Assembly: GCA_015680685.1 (NCBI GenBank)
Contig: MNCI01000310.1
Span: 407,067-471,066 of the forward strand
DNA from: Gnetum montanum
Taxonomy: Eukaryota; Plantae; Gnetophyta
Length of the DNA: 64,000 bases
Reading direction: 5' to 3'
In this document: positions 51,628-64,000 of the stretch, piece after piece
Numbering within the stretch: position 1 is the first letter of the stretch
Layout of the letters: each line of letters begins with the position of its first letter
Notes under the pieces: generated by a model
What the model saw: the letters and a program-made list of their open reading frames with translations, nothing else
Databases searched by the model: none
Told to the model about the DNA's origin: nothing
Made by a program: the position numbers and the translations under genes

Positions 51628-52529
51628 TGATGAGCAGTGTAGTAATCTAGCACCCAACCATACAAGTCATAGTTGTTCACATGCGAATAGATCATAATCT
51701 GTGGATGAGACAATGTGAGTATGATAGTAATCAGTTTACATTTGAGACCATTGTCTTCCCACATGAAGCTAGTGTAGTCTATGTTTATGGTTTAGCTCAT
51801 AGTAAGGTATATGATATGTTGATGTTAATAGGTCATTTCTCCAAGAAAATATGGTAAAGTAAAAATAATTTCTAATGCTAAGAAAAATAGTAAATGAATA
51901 TATTCTATTCTATGGAAATGGATATCTGGTCTTGATTCTCTATATATGCCTTGGACTCATGTTGTTATCATTGTGATTACCAAGTGTACCACTACTGGGT
52001 GTACCAAGTGTATGACTACTAAGTGTACCAAGCGATAACACTACTGGGTTACTAGATAACTATCCTTAGTGCTCAAAACTAGTCATATTCATATTGCATA
52101 CTTCAACATGTAAAATAAAGTGTTTGTAAAGTAAATGATTAACTAAGGAAAATAGAAAAAATTAGTCTAAGTAAATAAAAAGAAAATTAAGTGGATGCTA
52201 TAATGATGATAAGTAATCTCAATCTTTATTTCTAGTCATGAACTGTGTCCAAGTATAATCCACTTGAATAAAGACTTTGTACAATTACTTAACACCACAC
52301 TACGGGCATACACTTCTAAGCGCTAAAGACTAAATTTATGAAAACAAATTAAAAGAGTTTCGCTACTATAGAATAGAATCTACTATGAATCCATGCACCT
52401 AAGTGCTATATTTATAGGCTTGCATGCATTCCACGATATCATATATATGATGATTTAGCTAGTGCTACAATATTAGAGCTATGACATTGGATATGCGATA
52501 TCATACTTGGCAAAAAATTGACTTTGTCA
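51628..52529 (-). repeat. 5' LTR of element A
   Basis: TGATGAG...TTTGTCA, followed by TSD ACCCT. Confidence 0.9.
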
Positions 52530-52549
52530 ACCCTAGAAAATTTTTGATA

Positions 52550-53235
52550 GATATGAAAATTAATGGAGAAATTAATAAAAACATAGAGAAACTCTATATA
52601 TGATCTTTATTAACTTGGGAAACCCATAGAATAAAGTACCTAGAGATATTATTTAGTAGATATTATAAAGAAAATTATTTGTAATAAGTATATGAATGTG
52701 ATTTGAGACACGTATAAAGGAGCTACCAGCAAAATTAGACTAAGTTGTGGAATCATAAATGTAGTGGCTTTACATCAAGGATTTGTACTAACCCTATACT
52801 TATTTGCTATTATCATGAATGAATTAACAACATAAATATATAATGAAATCTCCTAGTATATACTATTTGTAATTGATATTATCATGGTGGATATAACTCA
52901 AGAAAATATTGTTTCTAAAATAGAAAAATAGATAAATGTTGTAAATTCAAATGTATAAAAATCAATAGAAGCAAGATAAATTATATGAAATAAAATTTTA
53001 ATAACAACATAAATAGTAGTAAAGTAGAAGAAATACTTCAAGGCCAAAATGTCCCTCACTACAAATAATTCTGCTAGCTAGGATCAATGCTTCAATAACA
53101 TAGTGGAATTGATAAAGATGTAAGAAATTGTATTGAACTATGATGGTCAAAATGGAGATATCCTAGTGGCATTCTATGTTATAAAAGAATCCTAATAAAA
53201 CTAAAGAGAAAATTTTATAAGATAGTCATTAAGCA
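52550..53235 (+). pseudogene. RTE-clade LINE reverse transcriptase fragment
   Basis: LYMIFINLGNP*NKVPRDII; LHQGFVLTLYLFAIIMNELT...ILFVIDIIMVD (cf. LHQGSALSPYLF...MLFADD); KRILIKLKRKFYKIVIK. Confidence 0.85.
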
Positions 53236-54619
53236 TGGTGTCTTAAATAAACTTTGTGTAAGCTACCGTAGACATTTTTTCTCTAAAAATTATAGCTCTT
53301 TATTAGTTTATGATTTTTTATCAAAAGATGCTTAGTAGACTTAGAGTGTACCTTTCCACAGAAGGTTATAATGTTATTAAAGAAAAGGGATGATTTCATA
53401 AGGAAATAATGACTTTAATGCAAAAGACTACTTATAATATGTGTAAGGAGCATATTTAATACAAAAGCCTACTTACATGATTACTATACCTAGTATTAAG
53501 ACTTTTGATTTGAAAACTCCAAGTTATGGGTTTAATTTTAGTAAGTAGCATTGAGTTATAAAATTCTACTTAAGTTTCATAGAAGTTTCATGTTAGCTAT
53601 ATGTATGTGGCCATATAAAAATTTGAGTTAAACAAAGGCCAATGGAAAGACTAGTAGAAACCCCCAAATTAAATTAATGTAAAAAAACAAAACACATATA
53701 CAGACATTGAGCTTTTAAGATGGTTTAGTTGCTAGATTGGCTAGCCTACTTCTACCATAAAAATCTTCCCAAATTATAGTATGCAAAGTAACTCTATTAA
53801 TCAAAGATAAATTATAGAGCTTCCTTTACAATCTTGGGTTGAGCATGACCATTAGGCTTAAAGCCACAAAAATGCACTTTCATAGCACAAAGGAAGAGAA
53901 AATACTCGATCTTATCTTAACATAGAGATTCAAGAGTTTTTCAAGCTTTCTAAGGTAAAGAAAAATAGAGCTTTTATACAGAAGCAATAGAGAGAGATTG
54001 AGAAAAAGAAATTCTAGTTCAAGGACAAGGCCAAAACCAAAATTACAGAGCTAATTTAGAGAGCTTGATTTTATAGCCAATATTGTTTTTAGCTATTTTT
54101 AAAACCTGTTCATTAAGTTGTTGCTAATATGTTGGAGAGGCATAAAAAGTATTAAGCTATAATCATTACCAATCCATTGGAAGAGTAGCTAAAGAAGAAT
54201 AATTTGTATCAGTTACATTTTAGCTTCCATTACTGCATTTGGTCTAAGCATTAAAAGCTTAGCAGAGAAGGAAGAAACCAGTCATTTCCTTTTTTTTGGT
54301 GCTAATGATTCCTTTACTACCAATGGAAATAACAAGCTGTACTTATATTGGAAATAATGACTCTTTAAGCTTCAACTAACAACCCTTGTCTTTTTCATTA
54401 ATGAGGTTTATCTTACTTTCATAGTAGTATAGATACTAGCTTTTCATATAATAGCTCTTTTCAATATAAGCTTATAATGCTTCTTTTTATTTTGCTAATG
54501 TGGCATAGTTTTTTGGGTATACCTTGTATAAAATTAAAATCTCATTTTAAATTAGTTCTAGCTTTTAAAGAGCTATTAAAGCCAAACTTATATTTTTTGC
54601 TATAAACTTCTGTTCCATT

Positions 54620-55330
54620 TAGGTTGACATAGTAGTGAGATTTTTAAAGAAACTTGGAAGCTTTTTTATTCTCATAGATTTTCTTTTTCTCTCTTATTTT
54701 TTTTTTCAAAAAGTAAGATTTCTTATACATATGATAAAAGGAGTTGACATGGTAGAGCTATTTTGGAAGAGTTTTATAGAACCAAAAATTGGTTCTATGA
54801 GCTGATGTGGCAAGGCATCTAGTGGAACCAAGAATTGGTTTTGAAGCTTTTCTAAAAAGAGACAAGCATTTAAATTGAGCTAACATGAGTGGAAGAAGAG
54901 AAACACTAATGTGGTAGAGCTATTCTTAGGAAGTTTTCATAGAACCAACAAATGGTTCTAGAGCCAAATCTACGTAAGAGCTTATTTCAAAAGCTAACGT
55001 GGTAGAGCCGATTAAAGGAGCACTTTGTAGAATTAAAAAAAAAGGTTCTACAAGCCAGTTCTATTTAACAATTGTTTTTGTAAGTCAACGTGGAAGAGCT
55101 AATTAAATGGGCCCTTCATATAATATAAAAAATAGTTCTACAAGCTAGTTCTATTTAGTGCTTTCTTTCTAAGTTGATGTGGAAGAGGTAATTCTCATCT
55201 TTCATAGAATTAGAAAATGGTTCTATGAGTTGGTTTTACAAGTTCCATTAAGTTCCATTAATAAAAAAGAAAAGCTAATGTAGTAGAACCAATTTGAGCT
55301 ATCTTTGTAGAGCTAAAATTTAAAGTTGAC
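54620..55330. repeat. Degenerate ~70-bp repeats (GTGGTAGAGCTATT...ATAGAACCAAAAATTGGTTCTA), probably TE-derived
   Basis: About 9 copies, each with an internal inverted repeat TAGAACC..GGTTCTA. Confidence 0.65.
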
Positions 55331-57719
55331 TTGGATTAAAATTGTTTTGAGCACACTTGATGTTAAGTATGTAGAATCAATTTGAACAAGTTAATTACAA
55401 CTAAAAAATGGGTATACAAACCATCTCTATATGTTGGTGTAGCAAACAAATGCTTCCTTGTGAAAGATAAGACAAAAGCTTAAATCCATGTGAAATGAAA
55501 ACTCCATTGTAAAGCCTAATTTTCAACCAAGCTCATAACACGCAACAAATCCATACACCTACAAATCTACGTAATTTATCATTGTTTCTTTTACAAAGCC
55601 ATATTCTTTCACAATTAATGTTAGATATACAAGGTTTCTTTTACAAAGCCATAGTCTTGTACAATTAATTTTAGTTATACATGGTTTCTAGCTAGGTGCA
55701 ACTAGAAGAAGGGTTGCAAACATTTGTTTGAATGCCATCTCATTTGAAATTAAAAGCCTTGCTATAGCCAGAAATATTGAATGTGACAAATAATGTAGAC
55801 CACGGGTATTTGATTGCCATAAATATTAGCCATGATCCAAAAACCACAACATGCAATTGGGCCTTGAGTCTTACATAGACACCTCCATTTGGCATTGACT
55901 AGTGAAAAAAGATGTGGGTTTTAGTGAGTTACCTTTCCCATTGTTATTTTTCAATACTACGGATGAATCGTAATTTGAAACTAGTATGGTTTTACATTGT
56001 AAGAAGCAGAATTTTAAAAATAATTTGAATTTGCAACAAAAAATCTATACTATAATGGCAAAACTGCACAAAATCTTCTCCCAACTTTTAACTCTTTATA
56101 AAATCAATATTTTTAAAGGAACATAAAAGTAAATCAAAAGTTAAAATACTCACCAAGTTTTAAGTATTTTTATAAAAATTTAGTAATTAACTTTAATTCT
56201 CACAAAACACGTTAAAATTTCGGAATCAAGAAACAAGAAACTGTGCATAGGCTGCCGTGTGACGATTGAATACCTTCGTCAGCTTTGTATTTCTGGAAAA
56301 GATGTCTATGCCTCCCTACTCCCAGCCAGAGGCATGGAAAAAGCCATCACCCAATGTAAAAGATGTTTGTGCATTCCACTCCTAGCAAGCGGTGTGGAAA
56401 AATCCATCACATACTGCTATTAATCCACCAGAATCCATTAATAACAGTGCACTGAATGGAGAGTTCCATTTTGCACCGACTGGTGGGAAAAGCTGCAGCC
56501 TTTTAACTAAGCACCTCTTTTGTTTCGGCTTGAGCTGCTTTTTATGGCCACATTGGTAACGATTATTAAAACTGCAAAAATTTCGCACTTAATGAAAGTG
56601 ATGCCATTTCTGACGGAGTTGTCTAAAGTGGGTCCTGCGTTGCCTGAAGAAATATAGTGGAGTGGGTTCTTCTGGCACATCTGCTTTCCATGTCACTCAT
56701 CAAGTGCATGTATCCATACTATGGTATGCCATGCCTCATTCAAAATCTCACCACATGAATGCTTTTGAAGCCATTTTGCTCTTCATATATTCCAACACAT
56801 TTGAAACAAAATTGATCCATGTAAAAAAGGAAATTCTTGAGGATCCTGTCTATGTCGGTAGAATGCAAATCCAATTTAAAGAAGGTTTAATGTAATATAA
56901 ATTGACTTTTATTCATTGCATAGATCACTACCTATTGAAATCTGAAAAATTTTTAAGGAAGACTTCACAAAACATAAACATTTCATTACATTGGAAACCA
57001 TAGATATGTTGAATAAAGTCAAGATTTGAGGTTCTATTTTTTGCATATTAAGAAAAATTATAGATTGAGAAATCTAGGATTAATTGCAAGATCCGATAAA
57101 TTGCAAAGCAACATTGAAGCCAATTCAAAATTAGATGGGATAATTAATGTAATGAATAGTGCTATATTTTTATTGATTTTTTAAGTTTAATATATTCTAT
57201 ATTTTTAATTTTGATGCCACCTAAAAATTAAAATTTCTATATTTGATTTTTCACTCTAAGTGAGCTCTTAAATGAAAAAAATGGAAAATGTTGTTACTAA
57301 CATGAGTGCATATAAGTACTCTCTTTTGTAAAAGTTGACGATATTAATTCAATTTTTACACCAATTCATTTTGATTTTCCCAATTCAATTTATAAAAAGG
57401 GTTGCTGATCTACTAATTCGATTCGATTTTTCAAACAATGAGAAAAATATGACCAAAAAGAAATTTGTGCTTTCTCTGTTCAATCAAGGATGAAAAAGGC
57501 TACAAATAAATTACAAAAGGTTATTGTTATTTCCATTAGGCAATTACAAAGCCTATGATGTGGTAGGTGAGGGCATGGGCATGTATGATGTGAATGTTTT
57601 ATTGATGTACATGGATAATGTGTTATCATGCACATGGATGTGTTTTATGTTAACATGCATGCAAAATCATGCTGATCATGATGGATTGTGAATCATACAT
57701 CCTTGAATCTCTCTAACCC

Positions 57720-60310
57720 GTGGGGTGGTGCAACTAGCACCCTTTTATAGTCACAATTGAAAGGCACCAAAACCTTCTGGAAAGGTGCAATTGCTCATAA
57801 TTTCATGCAATTGGAAGGGAGATGACCATCTAGAAGGTGGAATATCAACCTGAAGGCATTAAGACCTTCTAAAAGAAAATTTTTGATTAGAGATGGTGGT
57901 TTCCAAAAGGTAGAGGGTCATCTGGTAGAAGGTATAGGTAAATTGCAAGCATGTGCTACTAGCAGCCTCCTACAGTCCCTACCAAAAGGCACCCAAAGCT
58001 TTTTGTCCCTACCAAAAGGCATCCAAAGTTTCCAATAGGGAACAACTGCTCAGAGATTGTGGCTTGCATAGGGTAGAGGGTCATCTAGTTGTAAACTATA
58101 GCTAAACTACAGGGTGGTGTGACTAACACCCTCACACAATCCCAACTGGAAGGCACTAAAACCTTTTGGAAGGAAACAATTGCTTGTAATTTCATGTAAC
58201 CCGAAGGGAGATGGTCATTCGAAAGGTAGAAGATCTACTAGAATGCATTAAGACCTTCCAAAAGGGTAGAAATAGTTGGAGATGATCGTTTTTAGAAGGC
58301 AAATGATCATCTGGTAACAAGGTATAGGTAAACTGTAAGTACGTGCTACCAACACTCTTCGATAGTCCCTACTAGAAGGCACTCAGAGCTTTCAAAAGGG
58401 AATAATTACTTAGAGATTATGGCTTTCAAAAGGAAAAGGGTTATTCAATTGCAAATTGTAGCTAATTGTGGGGTGGTGTGACTAGCACCCTCCCATAGTC
58501 ACAACCCACACTGAAACCTTTTGGAAGGGAACAATTTCTTGTAATTTCATGCAACTAAAAGGGAGATGGTCATCCAAAAGGTGAAATATCAATTGGAAGG
58601 CATTAAGACCATACAGAAGGAAAAAATTTACTTGAAGATGGTGGCTTCTAGAAGGTAGAGGGTCATCCAAAAGTAAGGCATAGGTAAATTACAAGAACAT
58701 GCTACTAGCCTCCTTCCACAATTCCTACTAGAAGAAAATCAAAGCTTTTGGTAGGAAATAATTGTTTAGAGATTGTGGCTTTCATAAGTTAGAGAGTCAT
58801 TCATATGCAAATTGTAGTTGAACTGCAGGATGGTGCGACTAGCACCCTTCTGCAACCTCTACCAAAAGGCATCGAAACCTTCTAGAAGGGAACAAGTGCT
58901 TGTAATTTCATGCAACTAGAATGGAGATGATCATCTGGAAGGTAGAAGATCAACTAAAAGGCATTAAGACCTTCTACAAGGAAATAATTGGTTGAAGATT
59001 ATGTTTTTTAGAAAGTAGAGGATCATCTAGCAGCAAGGCATAGGTAAATTGTGAGCATGTGCTACTAGCACCCTCTTGCAGTCCCCACCAAAAGGTACTC
59101 AAAGCTTCTGGAAGGAAATAATTGGTCATAGATTGTGGCTTTCGAAAGGTAGAGGGTCATCTGGTTGCAAACTATAACTAAACTATGAGGTGGTGTGTCT
59201 AGTACCCTCCCATAGTCCCAACCAAAAGACATCAAAACATTCCAATAAGAAATAATTGCTTGTAATTTCATGCAACTAGAAGGGAGATGATCATCTAGAA
59301 GGCCAAAGATCAACAAGAAGGCATTAAGACCTTTTAGAAGGGAGGAATTGGTTAGAGATCATGGCTTCTAGAAGGTAGAGGATCATCTAGTAGCAAGGTA
59401 TAGGTAAATTACTAGTAGATGCTATTAGCACCCTCCTCTAGTTCCTATCAGAAGGCACTCAAAGCTTTTGGAAGAGAAAAATTGCATAGAGATTATGATT
59501 TTTGGAAGGTAGAGGATCATTTGGTTACAAAATGTAGCTAAACTATTGGATGGTACTCATACCGCCCTCTTGTAGTCCCAACCAGAAGGCATCGAAACCT
59601 TCCAAAAGGGGACAATTACTTGTAATTTCATGTAACTTGAAGGGATATGGTCATTTGAAAGGCCAAAGATTAACTGAAATGTATTAATACCTTTCAAAAC
59701 GGAAATATTTATTAGAGATCATGGCTTACATAAGCCAAAGGATCATTTGATTGCAAATTGTAGCTAAACTACCAGGTGGTGTGACTAGCATCCTCCCGCA
59801 ATCCCAACTGGAAGGCACAAAACTATTTGGTAGGGAATAATTGCTTGTAATTTGTTGCAATCGGAAGGGAGAGGATTATATTAAAGGTCAAAGCTCAACC
59901 AAAAGGCATTAAGACCTTCCAAAAGAGAATAATTAGTTGGATATTGTTTCTTTTGGAAGGCTGAGGATCATTCAGTAGCAATACACATGTAAAATGTGAA
60001 CATGTGCTAGTAGCACCCTCTTATAGTTCCTACCAGATGGCACTCAAACCTCTTGCAATCCTAAGATCATCCAAAAGGCATTAAGACATTCTTGTTGCAA
60101 ATAATTTCTTAGACATTGTGGCTTCTAGAAGGTAGAGTATCAATCGGTAGCAAGGTCTAGGTATATTGTGAGGAAGTGCATAATAGCATTCTTTGAAAGG
60201 TATAGGGTCATCTAGAGAGCATTCAAACCTTCCAGTAGGGAATAATTGCTTAAACACTCTAGCTAAACTAGACTTTTGAAATGCTTCATGCCTTTCAGTA
60301 GGGAAAAATG
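57720..60310. repeat. Tandem array with ~360-bp period built from related subunits
   Basis: The AATTTCATG(C/T)AA anchor recurs at about 57799, 58188, 58543, 58903, 59263 and 59623, with a partial unit at 59848. Confidence 0.9.
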
Positions 60311-60328
60311 ACAAGTTTTCATCTTTTT

Positions 60329-60348
60329 CCTAAACCCTAAACCCTAAA
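60329..60348. repeat. Short plant telomere-type repeat (CCCTAAA, ~3 copies; telo-box-like)
   Basis: CCTAAACCCTAAACCCTAAA. Confidence 0.8.
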
Positions 60349-60441
60349 GTAATGCTATGGTTCGATTCCAATGTAACACAATGTTTAAATTAACATCTAA
60401 CATTAAATCATAAACAAAAAGCACATGCTTTGTATAATAAT

Positions 60442-60775
60442 AAACATGAAAACTTTTATAATTCCTATTGTTCTTCATAAGTTTCCTAGTTATTAGATTT
60501 AACCTTCACATAATGACTATTCATAACATTCCCAATTAAATACTAAGTTTACAACACAAGTGATGGTATCCCAAGAGAATTCTATGCCTGGGTTGGTTTT
60601 TTTGTCTTGGCTTTTATATGTTCTTAGTTTTTTTGATTTAACAAACATGAAAACTTTCATGATTCCTAATGTCATGCTAAGGTTTCCAACTCATCATACT
60701 TAACTATCATTTAATGACTATTCATAACTTTTAAAATTAAATACTAAGTTTACAATAGAAGTGTTGGTTTTCTAA
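60442..60775. repeat. Direct duplication of ~130 bp with ~200-bp spacing
   Basis: AAACATGAAAACTTT...AATGACTATTCATAAC...AATTAAATACTAAGTTTACAA at 60442 and 60643. Confidence 0.8.
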
Positions 60776-61729
60776 GTGGTTATTCTACATTGGGTACTAG
60801 TTTATAGTTTTTTTTGTTATACATTAGGATTTTTTTTAATATTCTATGATTATTGAGAGGTATTCCTACTCATAGTGTATTGCAATTCGTGTACCAAAGT
60901 CTCATGGAAGGTGTCATGCTTTCTAGTTGGGATAAATTTTAAGCATTTGTGGGCTTCCAGATGGTCAGTTTGTATTCCAGATGAAATTGTGTGTAACTAC
61001 TAATTGTAGTGGCTCGCACTATCTAGAATGTGGGACAGTGCTCCTCACAATCCCTTGCAACCTACAAGTCAAACTATGAGTAGCAATTTAAAAATGAAAG
61101 ATGCATTATTACATTTAAACTTTGAGAAGAGGATTAAAGTGTGATGCATAGTTTTTTGTAAAATGTGATCTGCAACACCTCGCATCACAAGGTAAAATGT
61201 AGAAAATAAAATTGAATTAACTCAACCATTGTTTTCACTTTTACTTTCACTTTCACTTTCACTTGCATGCAATAGACATTGGGTAAGAAGCAGCATCGTA
61301 GTAGGCTGCGGAGCAAGCAACTAAGGCAGTAGCAAAGGATTTCATTTCAAAGCATTAAATTTTCAAATTTGAAACAACCATGACCAAGAGGGTAAGTTAA
61401 CCCACACAGTAATTCTAATTTATTATCTTTTTTTCCATGCTAGGGTTAGCTCTGATAGTCTGTGATTTGATTATATTGGAGAAATTTATTTTAGAATATG
61501 ATTTTCAAGTTTTTGGTTGCTAAATTTTGTCTATTTTTATTTGAAAGGTCATTAACACTTTTTCATAGATTGTTCTGTTTGTGTTTCTTTGTATCAATTA
61601 CTGAAGCTAATGTTGGGATAATCTATCATAATTCTTAAAATTACATTACTAATTTTTCTTAGAATCTAGTTTTGTATTTTTGGAATTATTAAACTTTTTA
61701 TTTTTTTCCTTGGTATTGTCCTTGGGAAA

Positions 61730-64000
61730 AAGGGGTTAAATGTAGAAAATACTACACCAACTTCTTAAAAATAAACATTTGAAGAATGTGAAAAAAATGA
61801 GAGCATGTTAGTTTTCGGAACACTATGTGGTAGAAGGAAATACAAAATCCCCCAGTAGGGCATTTTTCAAAAGATGATATTCAATAGTCTTATTTCTACA
61901 ATGATGCATTTGCTTGGATATATAGAGATAGAGTAGATGATTTTATTGAGGGCAAACAAAAGAATGAGATATTTCATTGTGAATTTTTCTATAGAACAAA
62001 AAAAATAGACATAGAAATGGACAAAGAAGACATGCTCACAAGTAAACAATTATACTATTCACATAATGTAAGTTACTCATCATTGTTTTGTATTTATGTA
62101 ATAATGTCTTATAATACAAGGATGTACAATTTAGAAGACTATGACCCTTGTTTGAATGTGTTATTTTTATTAATTATCATTGCCAATATGGACAAAATGT
62201 TACCATAGGGATAGCACCCACGGAGGGCAGAAAAAGAAATAAGACTAGAATAAAGATTGGTTGTCAATGTCATTTCATAGTTTTCTATATGAGAGAAGCT
62301 GATCATGTTGCATGTATTATATATAAAGAAATGAATCATATTGACACATCAAGAGCTTACTATCATGGCTTGTTCAATCCCATGATAGATAAAAGAAACT
62401 CACAATCCATAGACATTTCCAATGAGGTGTGTTAGAAGATAATGTATTTATGGAAAGAAGGATTACCAATAGATCTCATCTATGAAAGGTATATCAAAGG
62501 TCTTTTTAAGAGAGGACAAGAGTTTGGGCTATCAAGAAAAAGGGATATTTTCTTATTAAGAAAGACATCTGCAACATTTGTAAAAATGTAACCCCAAATT
62601 ACAAGAAAATTGAGCATGATAAAATCAATACTTGGCTTTGGTATAAAATGACCAGTGATTTTTTCTTTTACTACTAGGAAGAGAACCAAGAAGAAGGTGT
62701 TCATTGATCATTGGGATACAATTACCTTGGATGCTCAAAAAGATGATATCCTTATCTCAATGTAGTATCCTTGCAATGGATTCCACTTTCAACACTAACA
62801 AATATGGTGTGAATTTCAATAATGGGTGTTATTGTTCCATTTTAGAAATTGTTGGTGTGATAGTAGAATTAGTGACTAATTACAAATGTGTGGTTCTTTT
62901 TATAGTTCCATCTTCATATTTTGATGGCTTTTGATTTATATTATAACGAACTTCTAGTTGCATGGGTGATATCCTCAAGGTGCACTAAAACTAATATAAG
63001 AGGCTACCTTTTAGAGCTTCATCGAAGAGGAAAGGCTAAGGATCCTAATTGGATGGTAAATGTTTTCATGTTAGATGACTCAAAGGTAGATATGAATGTA
63101 ATGATGTAACCTTTAAGGCATTTGAAGACATAATTGAAACCATGCTACCTTGTTTTGAGATATCTTAACATGTGCTTAAATTTGATAATTTAACAAGTTT
63201 GTTTTTTGTAGCAAATTTTTTTTATGCATTTAGCATGTTTGGAAGGCATGGAGGAAGAACTTGGCAATCAAAGTTAGAGATTCCAATTAGAGAAAATAAA
63301 TGGGTGATCATCTTAATCATATTATGAATGAATGCAAAACTATTATAGATGTTGTTGTGGAAATAGACAAATTTATTGACAAGTTTTAAGAGAATTGAAA
63401 ATTCATTAAATACTTAAAACAATAGTGGTTAGATGGAGACAAATTTAGGGAGTTTTTATTCCGTGGTATCATTTTATAAAAGTTTATCTTCATGCTCATA
63501 TACTCTTTACCCACCTGTTCATTACTTATTTTTGTCTTTAACGTTTTGTTTCCAAAGATGTGGGTAAAAGCATTCCATGATGTTCCCCATGCACAACAAC
63601 ACACAAATAATGTTGTCAAGTCCTACCATGGATTTTTAAATGGTAAAGTTTTAAGAGATATAAGAAATAGGAAATACTGAATGATTGATTAGCTTATATG
63701 GAGCTTTACAAAGGTATAGCTATATTATTAGCATAATTCAAGAATTAAAGCTACACAATTTTTTGTAAACAAGAAAGATAGAGATTTCATTAAGAAGTCT
63801 TGGGAAAAGGCTTTACTATTATCTCATGTTGACTATGTCCGAATCATAGAAAAGGAAGATGAATATGTTATGCAAAGTTAGAATAGTTTGATGCTAAACA
63901 CTTGGTATAGGGTTTCAAAGGTGTTTTCTTTTAGTATATCTTGTGAGTGTAAATGGTCTTGCCTAGGCCATTTTTGCAAGCACTCAATGAAAGTTCATAT
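61730..64000 (+). pseudogene. Mutator/MULE-type transposase with SWIM zinc finger, intron-containing, decayed; runs off the window
   Basis: IKIGCQCHFIV...CIIYKEMNHID..YHG; IIGIQLPW...ILAMDSTFNTNKYG; LLVAWVISS...VFMLDD; FLCI*HVWKAWRKNL; TNNVVKSYHGFL; SCECKWSCLGHFCKH (SWIM). AT-rich spacers between blocks. Possible first exon ATG at 61380 with GTAAGT donor at ~61392. Confidence 0.85.

Larger units (their letters stand above)
6770..52529 (-). mobile_element. Element A: Athila-like Ty3/gypsy LTR retrotransposon, non-autonomous (gag + protease + extra ORF, no RT/RH/INT); about 10.4 kb after removing nested element B
   Basis: Paired ~0.9-kb LTRs with TG...CA ends (6770-7661, 51628-52529). Exact 5-bp TSD ACCCT at 6765-6769 and 52530-52534. 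Athila-type PBS and a PPT-like motif are present. Confidence 0.9.

Noticed and set aside
56305-56340. miR482/2118-like hairpin (TCTATGCCTC...GAGGCATGGA)
   Set aside because: The stem is only about 10 bp, too short for a pre-miRNA, and the match to the family is partial.
60329-60348. Telomere or chromosome-fusion scar
   Set aside because: Only about 3 units; such telo-box-like motifs are common near plant DNA transposon ends and promoters.

Overview
Eukaryotic, transposon-saturated plant DNA with strong CG/CHG depletion. TatII-type domain order and protease-linker motifs suggest a gymnosperm host (inference). No intact host gene is supported. The core is a nest of four LTR retrotransposons. 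(A) An Athila-like, RT-less element at 6770-52529 (- strand, exact TSD ACCCT) contains (B) a small non-autonomous chromovirus-like element at 8955-44267 (- strand, TSD CTCAA/CTCAG). B has no recognisable gag/pol. Instead it carries an intronless, frameshift-free CCR4-type deadenylase (EEP) ORF of about 406 codons, plus 5S-rRNA- and tRNA-derived Pol III promoter motifs. B is interrupted by (C) a TatII-like element at 12742-23651 (+) and (D) a Tat/Ogre-like element at 25301-44058 (+, TSD GCCAT/TCCAT). D has a predicted 6.4-kb protease-RT intron holding a multi-exon antisense gene. The flanks hold a younger LTR end, degenerate Ty1/copia remnants with a SINE-like insert, an RTE LINE fragment, a ~360-bp tandem array and a decayed MULE/SWIM transposase. 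There are two assembly gaps (421 N and 969 N). All identities and alignments are by-eye estimates; no searches were run.
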